64,000 nucleotides of DNA. It comes from Candidatus Latescibacterota bacterium (GTDB taxonomy: Bacteria; Latescibacterota; UBA2968; UBA8231). The stretch is taken from positions 352,001 through 416,000 of the forward strand of contig CBDCSU010000004.1 of NCBI GenBank assembly GCA_965221775.1, written 5' to 3'. This document shows, one piece after another, positions 47,296-58,218 of the stretch (position 1 is the stretch's first letter; every line of letters begins with the position of its first letter). Under the pieces are notes generated by a model. The model saw only the letters and a program-made list of their open reading frames with translations, searched no databases and had not been told where the DNA came from. Made by a program: the position numbers and the translations under genes.

Positions 47296-48209
47296 CCCGC
47301 TCCCTCCCTGGCCACGGCGTCGCCGTGGGCCCGCCTGAAGCCCTCGTAGCGGCTGCCGGAGATCTGTCCCCGCTCCACCGCCTCGCGGATGGCGCATCCC
47401 GGCTCGTGGATGTGCGTACAGTCGCGGAACCGGCATCCGCCGGCCAGGGGCTTCATCTCCCGGTAGTACTCCACCAGGTCCGACGCTCCCACTCCCCACG
47501 GCTGGAGCTGCTTGAGGCCGGGCGTGTCGACCACGTAGCCGCCCCCGCGCAGCCGGTGCAGGGAGGCCGCCGTCGTCGTGTGGCGCCCGCGGTCGTGATG
47601 GCGCATCAGCCCCTGCGTCTTCAGGCCGAGCCCCGGCTCGAGGCGGTTGAGGATCGCCGACTTGCCCACCCCGGAGGGGCCGACCAGGACCGAGACGCCC
47701 TCGCGGAAGGACTCGGCCAGGGACTCCATCCCGGCCCCCGTGGCGGCGCTGGTCTCGACCACCCGGTAGGCGAGGTTCCGGTACAGGTCCACCAGGGGCC
47801 GGCGGCTGTCTGCGTCGTCGAGGTCGATCTTGTTGACGCAGAGGATGGTCTCCTCGATGCCGCCGCTGGCGGCCATGACCAGGGCGCGGTCGATGAACCC
47901 CGTGCTCGGCGCCGGATCGAGGGCCGCGCAGACCACGAAGAAGCGGTCGAGGTTGGAGGCGATGACCTGCCGGGTCGGCCGCCCGCCGGTGGCCATGCGG
48001 GCGAGGTTCGACGTCCGCGGCAGGACCGACTCGATCACCCCCCGGCCGGCTTCGGTGCGGCTCACGCGGACCAGGTCTCCCGCCACCACCGGGGAGCGGT
48101 CCTCCCGGCGCCCGGCCTTCAGTCCTCCCCGGAGCTGACAGAGGATCTCCCCCCCGTCGAGGCCGACGAGGACCTCCCAACCGGAGACGCGCAGGGCCCG
48201 GCCGCGCAA
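47292..48209 (-). CDS. rsgA: Ribosome small subunit-dependent GTPase A
   Basis: Motifs NKIDL, GPSGVGKS, GRHTTT, DTPG and CRFRDCTHIHEPGC. The start is uncertain; TTG at 48209 was assumed. Confidence 0.93.
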   Translation of the reverse strand: MRGRALRVSGWEVLVGLDGGEILCQLRGGLKAGRREDRSPVVAGDLVRVSRTEAGRGVIESVLPRTSNLARMATGGRPTRQVIASNLDRFFVVCAALDPAPSTGFIDRALVMAASGGIEETILCVNKIDLDDADSRRPLVDLYRNLAYRVVETSAATGAGMESLAESFREGVSVLVGPSGVGKSAILNRLEPGLGLKTQGLMRHHDRGRHTTTAASLHRLRGGGYVVDTPGLKQLQPWGVGASDLVEYYREMKPLAGGCRFRDCTHIHEPGCAIREAVERGQISGSRYEGFRRAHGDAVAREGAG

Positions 48210-48216
48210 CTCGCGG

Positions 48217-48939
48217 TCACTCGCCGCGGGCGAGGCGCTCTGCGGCGTAGGCTGGCCAGCCGAGGTCGTGGATCTTCTCCTGGGTACGGCGCAGGGGATA
48301 CTCGGCGCGTCGAAGCTCGACGCGCTCGGCATCGACGTCCCACAAGGCGAAACTGGCGCGCGGGTCCCCGTCCCGGGGCTGTCCCACGCTGCCGGTGTTG
48401 ACCAGGTAACGGTGGCGTCCGATGGCCAGCTCCGACGAGGTGAGCGGGACGGGCCCGGACTCCATCTGGCAGAACAGGGCGGCGTGGTGCGTGTGTCCGA
48501 CGAAGGCGATGCGCCACTCCAGTTGTTCGAGACACCAGCGGACGTGCTCCAGCAGGTAGAGGGTCTGCCACTCTTCCGGACAGACGGGGTTGGCATGGGC
48601 GAAGACCCCTTCCCCCTCGACGTGGCGGTAGGCGAAGCCCCGGATGTAGTCGAGTTCGTCCTCGGCCACGAGGGCCCTCGATTCCAGAAGGGTGTCCCGG
48701 GCCATGCTGTTGAGCTCGTGAACCCGCTGTCCGTCCACCAGGGCCTGGTCGTGGTTTCCGAGGACGCAGACCGCGCCCGCCTCCCGCAGCCGGTGGATGC
48801 AGGCCACCGGGTCGGGACCGTAGCCCACCAGGTCGCCCAGCACGAGGAGCTTGTCGGCGCCTTCCTGGTCGACGGCGATGAGAACGGCCTCGAGGGCCTC
48901 GAGGTTCGCGTGGATGTCGGAGAGAACGGCGAGCCGCAT
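48217..48939 (-). CDS. Calcineurin-like metallophosphoesterase
   Basis: Motifs SDIHAN, GDLVGYG, GNHD, GHTH and NTGSVGQPRDG. Confidence 0.92.
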   Translation of the reverse strand: MRLAVLSDIHANLEALEAVLIAVDQEGADKLLVLGDLVGYGPDPVACIHRLREAGAVCVLGNHDQALVDGQRVHELNSMARDTLLESRALVAEDELDYIRGFAYRHVEGEGVFAHANPVCPEEWQTLYLLEHVRWCLEQLEWRIAFVGHTHHAALFCQMESGPVPLTSSELAIGRHRYLVNTGSVGQPRDGDPRASFALWDVDAERVELRRAEYPLRRTQEKIHDLGWPAYAAERLARGE

Positions 48940-48941
48940 GG

Positions 48942-49883
48942 TCAGTGGAAGAGGGCGCTGATCGACGTCTCTTCGTGGATGGCGCGAATGGCGTCGGCGA
49001 AGTGCCGGGCCACGGAGACGACGGCGAGCTTGCTCGAGTCGGCCCGCCCCGGCTGCGGCACCGTGTCGGTGACGACGAGGGACTCCAGGGCGGATGCCTC
49101 GATCCGGCTCGCCGCGTCGGCCGCCAGGGTCCCGTGCACACAGCCGGCGTGGACCGACCGGGCCCCCCGCTCGAGGACGGCCTCGGCGCCGTCGAGGATG
49201 GAGTCCCCGGTGATGATCTCGTCGTCGAAGAGCAGCACGTCGCGGCCCTCCACGGCGCCGATGACGCCGTGCACCTGCCTCTGACCCGCGGCCTCCCGGA
49301 TGTCGATCACCACGAGGGGCAGCCCGAGGTGGCGGGCATACGCCTCGGTCACCTTGGCACGGCCGATGTCGGGTGCCGCGGCGACGCAGCGGGACAGGTC
49401 GAGGCGGTCGGCGAAGTGGCCGCAGATCGACGGCACGCCGCTCAGCTGGTCGATGGGGATGCGGCAGAAACCCATGATCTGCGGGCTGTGCAGGGTCATC
49501 GTCAGGACCCGGTCGGCGCCGGCCTCCACCAGCAGGTCGGCCATGAGCCGGGCGGCGACGGAGATGCGCGGCTCGTCCTTGCTGTCGGCCAGGGAGTACG
49601 GGTAGTAGGGCAGGACCGCCGTGACCCGCCCGGCGGAGGCGTACTTGAGGGCGTCGAGAGCGATGAGCAGCTCCATCAGGTGATCGCTGACGGGCGGGCA
49701 CGAGGTCTGGATCAGGAAGACGTCACAGCCGCGCACGTTCTCGCAGATCTTGACCTTCACGTTCTCGTTGCTGAAGCAGACGAACTCGATCCGCCCCGGC
49801 TCGATGCCGAGAGCTCGGCAGATGCCCTCGGCCAGGTCCGGGTTGCTGTTGCCGGCGAAGACCTTGAGTGTCCTGGCGCCCAT
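48942..49883 (-). CDS. prs: Ribose-phosphate pyrophosphokinase paralog with degenerate catalytic motifs
   Basis: PRPS fold throughout (FSNENVKVKI.ENVRG.DV, LPYYPY, CVHG), but it lacks the DKRR loop. Confidence 0.85.
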   Translation of the reverse strand: MGARTLKVFAGNSNPDLAEGICRALGIEPGRIEFVCFSNENVKVKICENVRGCDVFLIQTSCPPVSDHLMELLIALDALKYASAGRVTAVLPYYPYSLADSKDEPRISVAARLMADLLVEAGADRVLTMTLHSPQIMGFCRIPIDQLSGVPSICGHFADRLDLSRCVAAAPDIGRAKVTEAYARHLGLPLVVIDIREAAGQRQVHGVIGAVEGRDVLLFDDEIITGDSILDGAEAVLERGARSVHAGCVHGTLAADAASRIEASALESLVVTDTVPQPGRADSSKLAVVSVARHFADAIRAIHEETSISALFH

Positions 49884-49889
49884 CTCTCT

Positions 49890-50561
49890 TCAGGGCAGCA
49901 GGGCCAGCTCCTGGCGGGCCCGCTGGGCAACGGGGGTCTGCCCGTACTCGCGGACCACCCTCTCCAGGATCTCGCGTTGGCGGGAGGCATCGTCCAGCAG
50001 CCGGTAGCACCGGGCCCCGTCCATCAGCGCCATCGCCGAGGGCGGGTGGTCGGGATGGTCGTCGGCGTAGTCCACGAAGGCCCGGGCCGCGGCGGCGAGG
50101 TCGCCCTGGGCCTCGAGGCAGGCGGCAAGGCCCGTGCGGGCGGCGAAGACCAGAGGCGGCTGGTCGCCGTGCTCGTCGAGGTAACGCTGAAACAGCCCCT
50201 GGGCGTCGACGTAGCGGCCCAGGGTGAAGTAGCGGTTGCCGAGGGTGATCATCCCGTGGGCCGCGGCCGGGGTCCCGGCGTATTCCTCGATCAGTTGCCG
50301 GGAGATCCCGACGACGCGGTCGATCTGTCCGGACTGCTCGGCCAGGTCGGACTCGAAGATCATGGCCGACGCCTGGCTGCGGGCCTCCAGGCGCTGGCCC
50401 TGCACGAAATTGGCGATGACGATGACGGCCACCACCGCCACGGCGCCGCCGATGAACAGTTGCGCCCGGCTCTTGACGTACTCCCCCGCCTGGAGGACCC
50501 ACTCGAGGAATCGGTCCTCCTCCAACTCCGCCTTGCTCGGCCGCCGGTTACGCTCCTCCAT
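49890..50561 (-). CDS. TPR-repeat membrane-anchored protein (YfgM-like)
   Basis: KAELEED N-terminus, a single TM segment and TPR repeats. Confidence 0.75.
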   Translation of the reverse strand: MEERNRRPSKAELEEDRFLEWVLQAGEYVKSRAQLFIGGAVAVVAVIVIANFVQGQRLEARSQASAMIFESDLAEQSGQIDRVVGISRQLIEEYAGTPAAAHGMITLGNRYFTLGRYVDAQGLFQRYLDEHGDQPPLVFAARTGLAACLEAQGDLAAAARAFVDYADDHPDHPPSAMALMDGARCYRLLDDASRQREILERVVREYGQTPVAQRARQELALLP

Positions 50562-50594
50562 GGGGCTCCTTTCCAGGACGCTGGGTGGTCGAAC

Positions 50595-51122
50595 TCAACC
50601 CTCTTCTCCAAACTGAACGGCGCTCTCGATCCGGTACGCCTCCAGTCCCTTCCGGCCTCCCAGGGGCTGGAGCTCGACGAGGAAGGAGAGCCCCGCGATC
50701 CGGCCACCGAGGGCCTCCACCAGCCGGCAGGCGGCGCGGGCGGTCCCTCCCGTGGCCAGCACATCGTCGAGGACGAGGACGCAGTCACCAGCCACCAGGG
50801 CGTCCTTGTGAACCTCGATCACGGCACGGCCGTACTCAAGCTGGTACTCTTCCCGGACCGTCTCCCGGGGCAGCCGGCCCTCCTTGCGCATGGGCACGAA
50901 ACCGGCGCCGAGGCTCGTGGCCACCGCCGGGCCGAGGAGGAAGCCGCGCGCCTCGATCCCGGCCACGAGGTCGACGCCGCTGTCGGCGAAGGGCGCCGCC
51001 AGGGCGTCGACGGCGGCCCTCAACTCCCGGGCATCGCCCAACAGCGGGGTGATGTCCCGGAAGAGCACCCCCGCCTCGGGAAAGTCGGGCACGTCCCGGA
51101 TGAGGGACCGCAGTCGGCTCAC
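50595..51122 (-). CDS. apt: Adenine phosphoribosyltransferase
   Basis: Motifs IRDVPDFP..GVLFRDITP, GIEARGF, YQLEYG and LDDVLATGGT. Confidence 0.96.
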   Translation of the reverse strand: MSRLRSLIRDVPDFPEAGVLFRDITPLLGDARELRAAVDALAAPFADSGVDLVAGIEARGFLLGPAVATSLGAGFVPMRKEGRLPRETVREEYQLEYGRAVIEVHKDALVAGDCVLVLDDVLATGGTARAACRLVEALGGRIAGLSFLVELQPLGGRKGLEAYRIESAVQFGEEG

Positions 51123-51137
51123 CTCTCTCTCCCCTTC

Positions 51138-52082
51138 TCAGCCCAGGAGACGGCTCACCGACTCGCCGTGATGGATCGCCTTGATGGCGTCGCCGAAGAG
51201 GCGCGCCACGGAGATCGTCTCGATCCGGGACGAGGCCTGGCCGGTGGGCAGCGGAATCGTATTCGTCTTGACGAAGACCTCCACCGGCGAATCGTCGATC
51301 CTGGCCAGCGCGTCTCCGGAGAACACCCCGTGGGTGCAGCCGGCCATGATGCGCTGGGCTCCGCGTTCCTTCAGCAGGCGGACCGCCTCCATCATCGAGC
51401 CGCCGGTGAGGACCTCGTCGTCGAAGATCAGGGCGTCGCGTCCGTCGATCTCGCCGATCACGGTCAGGATCTCGGCGGTCTCGTCGTCGGCGTGGCGGCG
51501 CTTGTCCATGATCGCCAGCGGCAGGTCGAGACGATGGGCGTAGAAGCTGGCCTCGGTGGCCGATCCCACATCGGGCGACACGACCACCGCCCGGCTCAGG
51601 TCCTTGGTCTGCATCAGGTGATCGCAGATGAGGTTGGTTGCCCACAGCTGATCGACGGGGATGCGGGAGAAAGCCGCGATCTGGGGCGAGTGCAGGGTCA
51701 TGGTGAGGATCCGATTGGCGCCGGCCGTCTCGAGGAGATCGGCCACGAGGCGGGCGCTGATCGAGATCCGGGGCTCGTCCTTCTTGTCGGAACGCACGTA
51801 GGGGTAGTAGGGCAGGACGGCGGTGATCCGGCGCGCCGAGGCGTACTTCAAGGCGTCGATGAGCAGCAGCAGCTCGATGAAGTGGTCGTTCACCGGGGAG
51901 CAGGAGGTCTGGATGACGAAGACGTCGTCCTCGCGGACATTCTCCTCCACGCGCACCTTGATGGTGTCGTTGGGAGTCCTCTCGAAGCTCACGCGTCCCG
52001 GGGGACAGTCGAGATAGGAGCAGATCTCGGCAGCCAGCTCCGGGTTGCTCGAACCGGACAGGATCTTGAGGTAGTTCTTCAT
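51138..52082 (-). CDS. prs: Ribose-phosphate pyrophosphokinase
   Basis: Motifs [34 protein letters not shown] and CTHGVFSG. Confidence 0.92.
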   Translation of the reverse strand: MKNYLKILSGSSNPELAAEICSYLDCPPGRVSFERTPNDTIKVRVEENVREDDVFVIQTSCSPVNDHFIELLLLIDALKYASARRITAVLPYYPYVRSDKKDEPRISISARLVADLLETAGANRILTMTLHSPQIAAFSRIPVDQLWATNLICDHLMQTKDLSRAVVVSPDVGSATEASFYAHRLDLPLAIMDKRRHADDETAEILTVIGEIDGRDALIFDDEVLTGGSMMEAVRLLKERGAQRIMAGCTHGVFSGDALARIDDSPVEVFVKTNTIPLPTGQASSRIETISVARLFGDAIKAIHHGESVSRLLG

Positions 52083-53113
52083 CCCAGGGAGCGCGCCACG
52101 TCCTTGGCGAAGTAGGTGAGGATGAGGTCGGCGCCGGCCCGCTTGATGGCGACCAGCACCTCGTCGCGGATGCGGACCTCGTCGATCCAGCCGCGCTCGG
52201 CGGCGGCCTTGATCATGGCGTACTCGCCGCTGACGTTGTACGCCGCCAGGGGCGCGTCGAAACGGTCGCGGGCGGCGCGCAGGACGTCGAGATAGGCGAG
52301 GGCGGGCTTGACCATGACCACGTCGGCCCCCTCCTCCAGATCGAGGGCGATCTCCCTCAGGGCCTCGCGCACGTTGGGCGGATCCATCTGGTAGCCGCGG
52401 CGGTCGCCGAAGCGCGGCGCCGAGCCGGCGGCCTCCCGGAAGGGGCCGTAGAAGCCGGAGGCGTACTTGGCGGCATAGGCCATGATCGGCACCCCGGGGT
52501 GCCCGGCGCGGTCCAGGGCCCGGCGGATGGCGCCGACGCGGCCGTCCATCATGTCCGAAGGTGCCACCACATCGACGCCGGCATCGGCGTAGACCACGGA
52601 GGTGCGCGCCAGCAACTCCACGGTGCGGTCGTTGTCGACGCCGTCTTCGGTGAGCACGCCGCAGTGGCCGTGGTCGGTGTACTCGCAGAGACAGACGTCG
52701 GCGATCACCAGCAGGTCGAGGCCGGCCTCGCCGATCGCCGCCGCCGCCCGGGGGATGAGGCCCTGCGGGTCGTACCCCGGGCTGCCGGCCTCGTCCTTGT
52801 GATCGGGAACGCCGAAGAGGATGACCGCGGGGATACCCGCGCCGGCAGCCTCCCGGCACTCCTCCACCAGCACGTCCACCGACATGCGGGCCACCCCCGG
52901 CATGGCCTCGATCTCCTGGCGGACGCCCCGGCCCGGGCAGGTGAAGAGCGGCAGGACCAGGTCCTCGCGGCGCACATGGTGCTCGCGGACCATGCTGCGC
53001 ACGAGGGCGCTGCCGCGCAGACGCCGGGGACGGCAGGCTCCCGGCAGGCCGGCGGCCTGTTCCGGGAGGGTTGCGAGAGGGTTGCCGATGCTGGCCACGA
53101 AGCCCGGTCTCAC
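52079..53113 (-). CDS. hemB: Porphobilinogen synthase (Zn-type)
   Basis: Motifs [29 protein letters not shown] and [10 protein letters not shown]. Confidence 0.96.
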   Translation of the reverse strand: MRPGFVASIGNPLATLPEQAAGLPGACRPRRLRGSALVRSMVREHHVRREDLVLPLFTCPGRGVRQEIEAMPGVARMSVDVLVEECREAAGAGIPAVILFGVPDHKDEAGSPGYDPQGLIPRAAAAIGEAGLDLLVIADVCLCEYTDHGHCGVLTEDGVDNDRTVELLARTSVVYADAGVDVVAPSDMMDGRVGAIRRALDRAGHPGVPIMAYAAKYASGFYGPFREAAGSAPRFGDRRGYQMDPPNVREALREIALDLEEGADVVMVKPALAYLDVLRAARDRFDAPLAAYNVSGEYAMIKAAAERGWIDEVRIRDEVLVAIKRAGADLILTYFAKDVARSLG

Positions 53114-54306
53114 ACCTTGTCGAGGGCCTGCTCGAGGTCGTCGATGAGGTCCCCCGCATCCTCGATGCCGACGCTGTAGCGGACCAGCTCGTCGGTGATG
53201 CCGATGGCCAGCCGGTCGGGTCGGCTGAGGTCGGAGTAGGAGATCGTCGCCGGATGGCTGACCAGGCTCTCCACCCCCCCGAGGCTGGGGGCCAGGTACG
53301 GCAGCCGCAGCTGGTGGACGAAGCTGCGCGTGAGCTGCAGATCTCCCTCGACATCGAAGCTGACCACGCCTCCGAACCCCTTCATCTGGCGCGTCGCCAC
53401 GGCATGGTCGGGATGACTGGCCAGGCCGGGGTAGAACACCTTGCGGACCTTGGGGTGCCCCTCGAGCCAGCGGGCGATCTCGAGGGCGGTCTGGTTCTGT
53501 CGCTCCATGCGCAGGGCCAGGGTCTTGAGGCCGCGGATCAGCAGGTAGGCGGTGTTCGGATCGGAGTTGGTGCCGATGATGTCGCGGAACTCCTTGATCG
53601 CCTGCACCATCGGCCCCTTGCCGCAGACGCTGCCGGCCATCAGGTCGTTGTGCCCCCCCAGGTACTTGGTGGCGCTGTGGAACACGAGATCGGCGCCGAA
53701 CTCGATGGGACGCTGGTTCACCGGCGTGGCGAAAGTGCTGTCGATGAGCAGGCGCAGCCGGTGCTGTCTGGCGAAGGGCACGAGCCGGTCGAGGTCGGCC
53801 ACGTGCAGGTGCGGGTTCGTCGGCGATTCGGCGAAGAGGATCCGGGTCTCCTTGCGGATCGCCCCTTCCAGGGCTTCGAAGTCGCCCGGGGCGACGCCCG
53901 TGCAGGTTATGCCGAACTTGCCGAGGACGTCGCAGAGCTGGACCGTGCGCCGGTAGCAGTCCTCCATGATCACCAGGTGCTGGCCGCTGCGCATCATGGC
54001 CAGCAGGACCGTGGTGATGGCGCTCATGCCGGAGGAGAACAGCAGGGCGGCGTCGGCCCCGTCGAGGGCGGCGAGCTTGGCCTCGGCGGCGCCGACCGTG
54101 GGATTGCCGTAGCGGCCGTACTCGAAGTGGGTGCGCTGGCCCTGCTTGTACTCCTCGAACTCGTCGAGGCTGTCGAATACGTAGGTCGCCGTCTGGGCGA
54201 TCGGCGTGGTCACCGACTTGGCGTGCTTGCGGCGCTCCTCGCCGCCGTGGACCGCCCAGGTGGAAGGGCCGCCCGCGGCGGCGGTCGAGAGATCTTCTTC
54301 GCTCAT
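53110..54306 (-). CDS. metB: Cystathionine gamma-synthase family PLP enzyme
   Basis: Motifs [32 protein letters not shown] and SLGGVESL. Confidence 0.85.
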   Translation of the reverse strand: MSEEDLSTAAAGGPSTWAVHGGEERRKHAKSVTTPIAQTATYVFDSLDEFEEYKQGQRTHFEYGRYGNPTVGAAEAKLAALDGADAALLFSSGMSAITTVLLAMMRSGQHLVIMEDCYRRTVQLCDVLGKFGITCTGVAPGDFEALEGAIRKETRILFAESPTNPHLHVADLDRLVPFARQHRLRLLIDSTFATPVNQRPIEFGADLVFHSATKYLGGHNDLMAGSVCGKGPMVQAIKEFRDIIGTNSDPNTAYLLIRGLKTLALRMERQNQTALEIARWLEGHPKVRKVFYPGLASHPDHAVATRQMKGFGGVVSFDVEGDLQLTRSFVHQLRLPYLAPSLGGVESLVSHPATISYSDLSRPDRLAIGITDELVRYSVGIEDAGDLIDDLEQALDKV

Positions 54307-54316
54307 TCGGACAGGT

Positions 54317-55654
54317 TCAGGCGTAGACGGTGTCCACGGTTTCGAGAACGGCCCGCCGCACCTGCTCGAGGTCGGCGTCGACTTCCACGGGCCGGTTGGC
54401 ATGGTTCGGGGTGACGCCGAACCCGTCCAGGCGGTCCTCGTGGTAACCCACCTTGAATTCCGGGAACTTCAGCCCCAGGGCGGTGGAGATCACCACGACG
54501 CGGCTGTCCGGCCGGACGGTCCCGCGGGCGATGAGCTTCTCCAGCGCCGCCAGGGCGACCCCGGTGTGGGGACAGGTGAACAGGCCGCCGCGGTCGGCGC
54601 GGGCGCAGGCGTCGGCCAGCTCGGCCTCGGTGGCCTCCTCCACGACACCGTCGAGACGGCGCATGACCCGGATCGCCCGCTCCCAGCTGACCGGGTCGCC
54701 GATGCGGATGGCGGAAGCCAGGGTGTCGGAGGCCTCGACCGGCTCGAAGGACTCGAAGCCCGTCCGATAGCTGCGATAGAGAGGATCGGCGTTCCGGGCC
54801 TGGGCCACCGCCAGGCGCGGCAACCGGTCGATCATGCCCATCTGGCGCATCTCCAGGAACCCCTTCCCGAGGGCGCTCACGTTCCCCAGGTTGCCGCCCG
54901 GGATCACGATCCAGTCCGGGACGACCCAGTCGAACTGCTGCAGCAGCTCGATGCCGACCGTCTTCTGCCCCTCGATCCGCAGGGAGTTCATCGAGTTGGC
55001 CAGGTAGACGTTCTCGCTCTTCACGAGATCCCGAACCAGGCGCATGCAACCGTCGAAGTCGGTGCGGATCGACAACGTCAGGGCGCCGTTGGCGATGGGC
55101 TGGATCAACTGCGACACGGAGATCTTGTCCTTTGGCAGGAGCACGATCACGGGGATGCCGGCGGCGGCGCCGTAGGCGGCCAGGGAGGCCGAGGTGTCCC
55201 CCGTGGAGGCGCAGGCGATGGCCGGGATCGCCTGTCCGTCGGCCCGCATCTGCTTGACCATGGAGACGAGCACCGTCATGCCGAGATCCTTGAAGGAGCC
55301 CGTGTGGCTGTGGCCGCACTGCTTGATCCACAACTCGCCGACACCGATCTCGTCGCCGAGGCGGTCGGCCCAGAACAAGTTGCTGCCGCCCTCGTAGATG
55401 GAGACCACGTTGCCGTCGTCCACGGCGGGACAGACCAGTTCTTTCTTGCCCCACACGCCGCTGCCGTAGGGCCAGACCGTCCCCATGTAGCGCTGGTCGA
55501 AGAGGCGCCGCCACTCGGTCCCCGGCCGCCGGCCCAGGGCCTCCATGTCATGGACGACCTCGAAGAGTCCGCCGCACCCGCACTCGTAGACCACCTCGTC
55601 GAGATCGTGGCGGCTGCCGCAGCGGATGCACTCGAACCAAGCCTGGTACTCCAT
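54317..55654 (-). CDS. thrC: Threonine synthase (plant-like long form)
   Basis: Motifs [28 protein letters not shown] and CPHTGVAL. Confidence 0.93.
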   Translation of the reverse strand: MEYQAWFECIRCGSRHDLDEVVYECGCGGLFEVVHDMEALGRRPGTEWRRLFDQRYMGTVWPYGSGVWGKKELVCPAVDDGNVVSIYEGGSNLFWADRLGDEIGVGELWIKQCGHSHTGSFKDLGMTVLVSMVKQMRADGQAIPAIACASTGDTSASLAAYGAAAGIPVIVLLPKDKISVSQLIQPIANGALTLSIRTDFDGCMRLVRDLVKSENVYLANSMNSLRIEGQKTVGIELLQQFDWVVPDWIVIPGGNLGNVSALGKGFLEMRQMGMIDRLPRLAVAQARNADPLYRSYRTGFESFEPVEASDTLASAIRIGDPVSWERAIRVMRRLDGVVEEATEAELADACARADRGGLFTCPHTGVALAALEKLIARGTVRPDSRVVVISTALGLKFPEFKVGYHEDRLDGFGVTPNHANRPVEVDADLEQVRRAVLETVDTVYA

Positions 55655-55751
55655 CGATCACCGAGCGGTTGGAGCGGTTGCGGGAGAAGGGGTTATACAG
55701 CGGGAAATCTACCCCGGGGGCCGTACACCGGCAAGGAAACGGGACGCCGGA

Positions 55752-56312
55752 TCAGGCTGGCACGCGCCGCACCAGCCATGGGACCGCGGCCGCGGCGATG
55801 AGGGTTTCGGGCACCATGTAGCTGGCGTTGTAGAGGAGGGAGTACTTCCACACCGGCGTCCCCTCGGGGGCCAGGTGGGCGAAGTAGACGACCCCGGACA
55901 GGACGTGGCTCCCCAGCCTTGCCAGGCTGGCGCCCGCCGCGGCCGCGGCGATCGTCCAGGGGCCGCTCCCGGCGGAGGCCGCCAGGCCGGCGAGGCCCAG
56001 ACTGGCGAAGGCCGCGGGGTAGTCCAGAACCAGCTGCACCGGGTGTACGAAGTAGGGTGTCATGACGAAGTTGACGACCCCGTAGGCGGCCCCGGCCAGG
56101 ATGCCGGCGCGGGGCCCCCTGCGCAGCGAAAGAAAGAGAATGGGCAGGGTGTGCAGACTCACCGAGCCGCCGTACACCAGGTGGGGCAGCTTGACGCGAA
56201 CCAGGCTGAGGACCGCTGCCAGGGCGATGGCGACGGCGGTCTCCGCGGCGGTGCCGGTCCTCACGAAGGAGGAACCCGCCGGCCCGGGAGGCGTCTCACC
56301 AGTGCGGGCCAT
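55752..56312 (-). CDS. thiT: ECF-type thiamine transporter S component
   Basis: Motifs YGGSVSL, HPVQLVLDYP, HVLSGVVYF and YSLLYNASY. Confidence 0.85.
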   Translation of the reverse strand: MARTGETPPGPAGSSFVRTGTAAETAVAIALAAVLSLVRVKLPHLVYGGSVSLHTLPILFLSLRRGPRAGILAGAAYGVVNFVMTPYFVHPVQLVLDYPAAFASLGLAGLAASAGSGPWTIAAAAAGASLARLGSHVLSGVVYFAHLAPEGTPVWKYSLLYNASYMVPETLIAAAAVPWLVRRVPA

Positions 56313-56405
56313 CCCGGTCTTGGCTCGCGCCTCCCTGGCGGCCGGGGGCGTACTCGCCTCCGGCCGCACCTCGTTCTACCGCCCGGGGGCCTCGGCACCC
56401 CGGCC

Positions 56406-57434
56406 TCAGTTCAAGCGCTGCAGGAGCATGTACCCCTGCTGGATGCGGACCGGGCCGCCGACCCCCCCCACCTGCAGCTTCAGCACATTGCTCTCGACCT
56501 CGGGGAGCATCTCCCCGGGCCCGAAGAACCCGAGATCGCCGCCGTCCCTGGCATTGGGCGCCTGGGAGAACCTGGCCGCCAGATCCCCGAAGTCGCCGCC
56601 GGCCTCCAGCTTCTCGAGGATGTCGAGGGCCTGGGACTCCGTCGGAACGAGGATGAAGCGGGCCCGCATCTTGCCGTCGAGGATCGCCCGGATGCCCTCC
56701 ATGTTGACGTTGATGGCATGCAGGAGTCCCGGATCCCGGGCGACCGCCTTCGTCCGGCCGTACCACTCGAGGGCCTCGGCATAGCGTTTCCCGGCGGCCA
56801 GCAGGTAGGCGATGTTGTTGTGCGACTCCACGTCGTCGGGGAGAAACTCGAGGACCCTGTGGTAGCGCAGCAGAGCGCTGTCGGGCTTCCCCGTGCGCGT
56901 GTAGTGCAACGCCAGCAGGCGGTGGGCGTGGGCGTTGCGGTCGTCGAAGGCGAGGGCCGTGTCGAGCTCGGCGCGGGAGGCGGCCAGGTCTCCGGCCTGC
57001 AGGTGCAGGAAGGCGAGCTGGGTGCGCACGCCGGAGTTCCCCGGGGCCAGCTCCATGGCCCGGCGCACGTAGTGCAGGGCGGAGTCGAGGCGGCCCACGG
57101 CGAGGAAGGCGTCGTTGAGCATGGAGTAGACGGGAAGCTGGGCCGGGCGCTCGCCCAGGGACCGGTGCAGGAGCTGCACCGCACGGCTGCCGTTTCCCTG
57201 GATGAGGTAGAGCTCGGCGATGCGGTTCAGCACCTGGGCGCTGCCGGCTCCCTCGGCGAGGGCCTCTTCGTAGCGCAGCAGCGACTGGTCGAGTTGGCCG
57301 CGTCGGGCCAGCCCTTCGGCCTCCCTCACCAGGCTCACCAGCCTGGGTTCCGGGTCCGGCCGGTCCTGTGCCGACGTGCCCGCCGCCGCCAGGGTGATCC
57401 CGGCGAGCAGGAGGGCGCCATTGGCCAGGCTCAC
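56406..57434 (-). CDS. Exported TPR-repeat protein with a C-terminal parvulin (PpiC) peptidyl-prolyl isomerase domain
   Basis: Signal peptide, TPR repeats, then ARFILV, FGDLAARFS and GGDLGFF..GEM. Confidence 0.85.
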   Translation of the reverse strand: MSLANGALLLAGITLAAAGTSAQDRPDPEPRLVSLVREAEGLARRGQLDQSLLRYEEALAEGAGSAQVLNRIAELYLIQGNGSRAVQLLHRSLGERPAQLPVYSMLNDAFLAVGRLDSALHYVRRAMELAPGNSGVRTQLAFLHLQAGDLAASRAELDTALAFDDRNAHAHRLLALHYTRTGKPDSALLRYHRVLEFLPDDVESHNNIAYLLAAGKRYAEALEWYGRTKAVARDPGLLHAINVNMEGIRAILDGKMRARFILVPTESQALDILEKLEAGGDFGDLAARFSQAPNARDGGDLGFFGPGEMLPEVESNVLKLQVGGVGGPVRIQQGYMLLQRLN

Positions 57435-57450
57435 CGATCCGCCTCCCGCC

Positions 57451-58218
57451 TCACCGGTCCTCGGACCGCAGCCGCTGCACGACTTCCCGGGTGATCCGCT
57501 CCACGAGGCCGTCCTCCGGGCTGCCCTCCGGGGGATCGCACCCGGGCCGTCCGCGGATCCCGAATCGCTTGCGCAGCTCGATCAACTCCCCGACCTGATC
57601 GCGGTCGAGGGTGTTGGTGGCCCCGAGCTGCCGGGAGACGAGGACGATCCGCGCGAAGTGCTCCACCGTCTCCATCTTGAAGTGGGCCTCCTGCACCGAC
57701 TTGCCGAGGGTTACGGCGCCGTGATTGGCCATCAGCACGGCATCGTACTTCTCGAGGAGGGGGCGCATCGGCTCGAAGATGTCGGGCCCGCCCGGCGTGC
57801 CGTAGGGCGCGAGAGGGACACCGCCGAGGAGCACGACCACTTCCGGCAGGACGCATTCGGTCAGGTCGAGGCCGGCCACGGCAAAGCCCGTGGCCGTGGG
57901 CGGATGGGCGTGGACGACGGCGGCCACGTCGGCGCGCAGCCGGTAGGCCTCCAGGTGCATGCGGATCTCCGAGGAGATCTTCATCGGCCCGGAGACCTGG
58001 GTCCCGTCCATGTCGCAGATGGCCAGCATCTCCTCGGTGAGGAACCCCTTGCTGACGCCGGTGGGGGTGCACAGCACCCGGTCGCCGCCGATCCGGGCCG
58101 AGAGGTTGCCGTCGTTGGCGGCGACGAATCCGAGCTGGTAGATGCGGCGCCCCATCTCGCAGATCTCGCGGCGGGCGGCGAAGGCGGAGGAAGCGGTGGC
58201 CACCGGATCAGCGGGCAT
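57451..58218 (-). CDS. Class II aldolase/adducin family protein with a C-terminal encapsulation-peptide-like tail
   Basis: Motifs ANDGNLS, TPTGVSKG, SSEIRMH, VHAHPP and ANHGAV. The tail reads LVERITREVVQRL. Confidence 0.88.
   Translation of the reverse strand: MPADPVATASSAFAARREICEMGRRIYQLGFVAANDGNLSARIGGDRVLCTPTGVSKGFLTEEMLAICDMDGTQVSGPMKISSEIRMHLEAYRLRADVAAVVHAHPPTATGFAVAGLDLTECVLPEVVVLLGGVPLAPYGTPGGPDIFEPMRPLLEKYDAVLMANHGAVTLGKSVQEAHFKMETVEHFARIVLVSRQLGATNTLDRDQVGELIELRKRFGIRGRPGCDPPEGSPEDGLVERITREVVQRLRSEDR

Noticed and set aside
56313-56405. Possible TPP riboswitch upstream of thiT
   Set aside because: The short intergenic region lacks the conserved CUGAGA and downstream core motifs.
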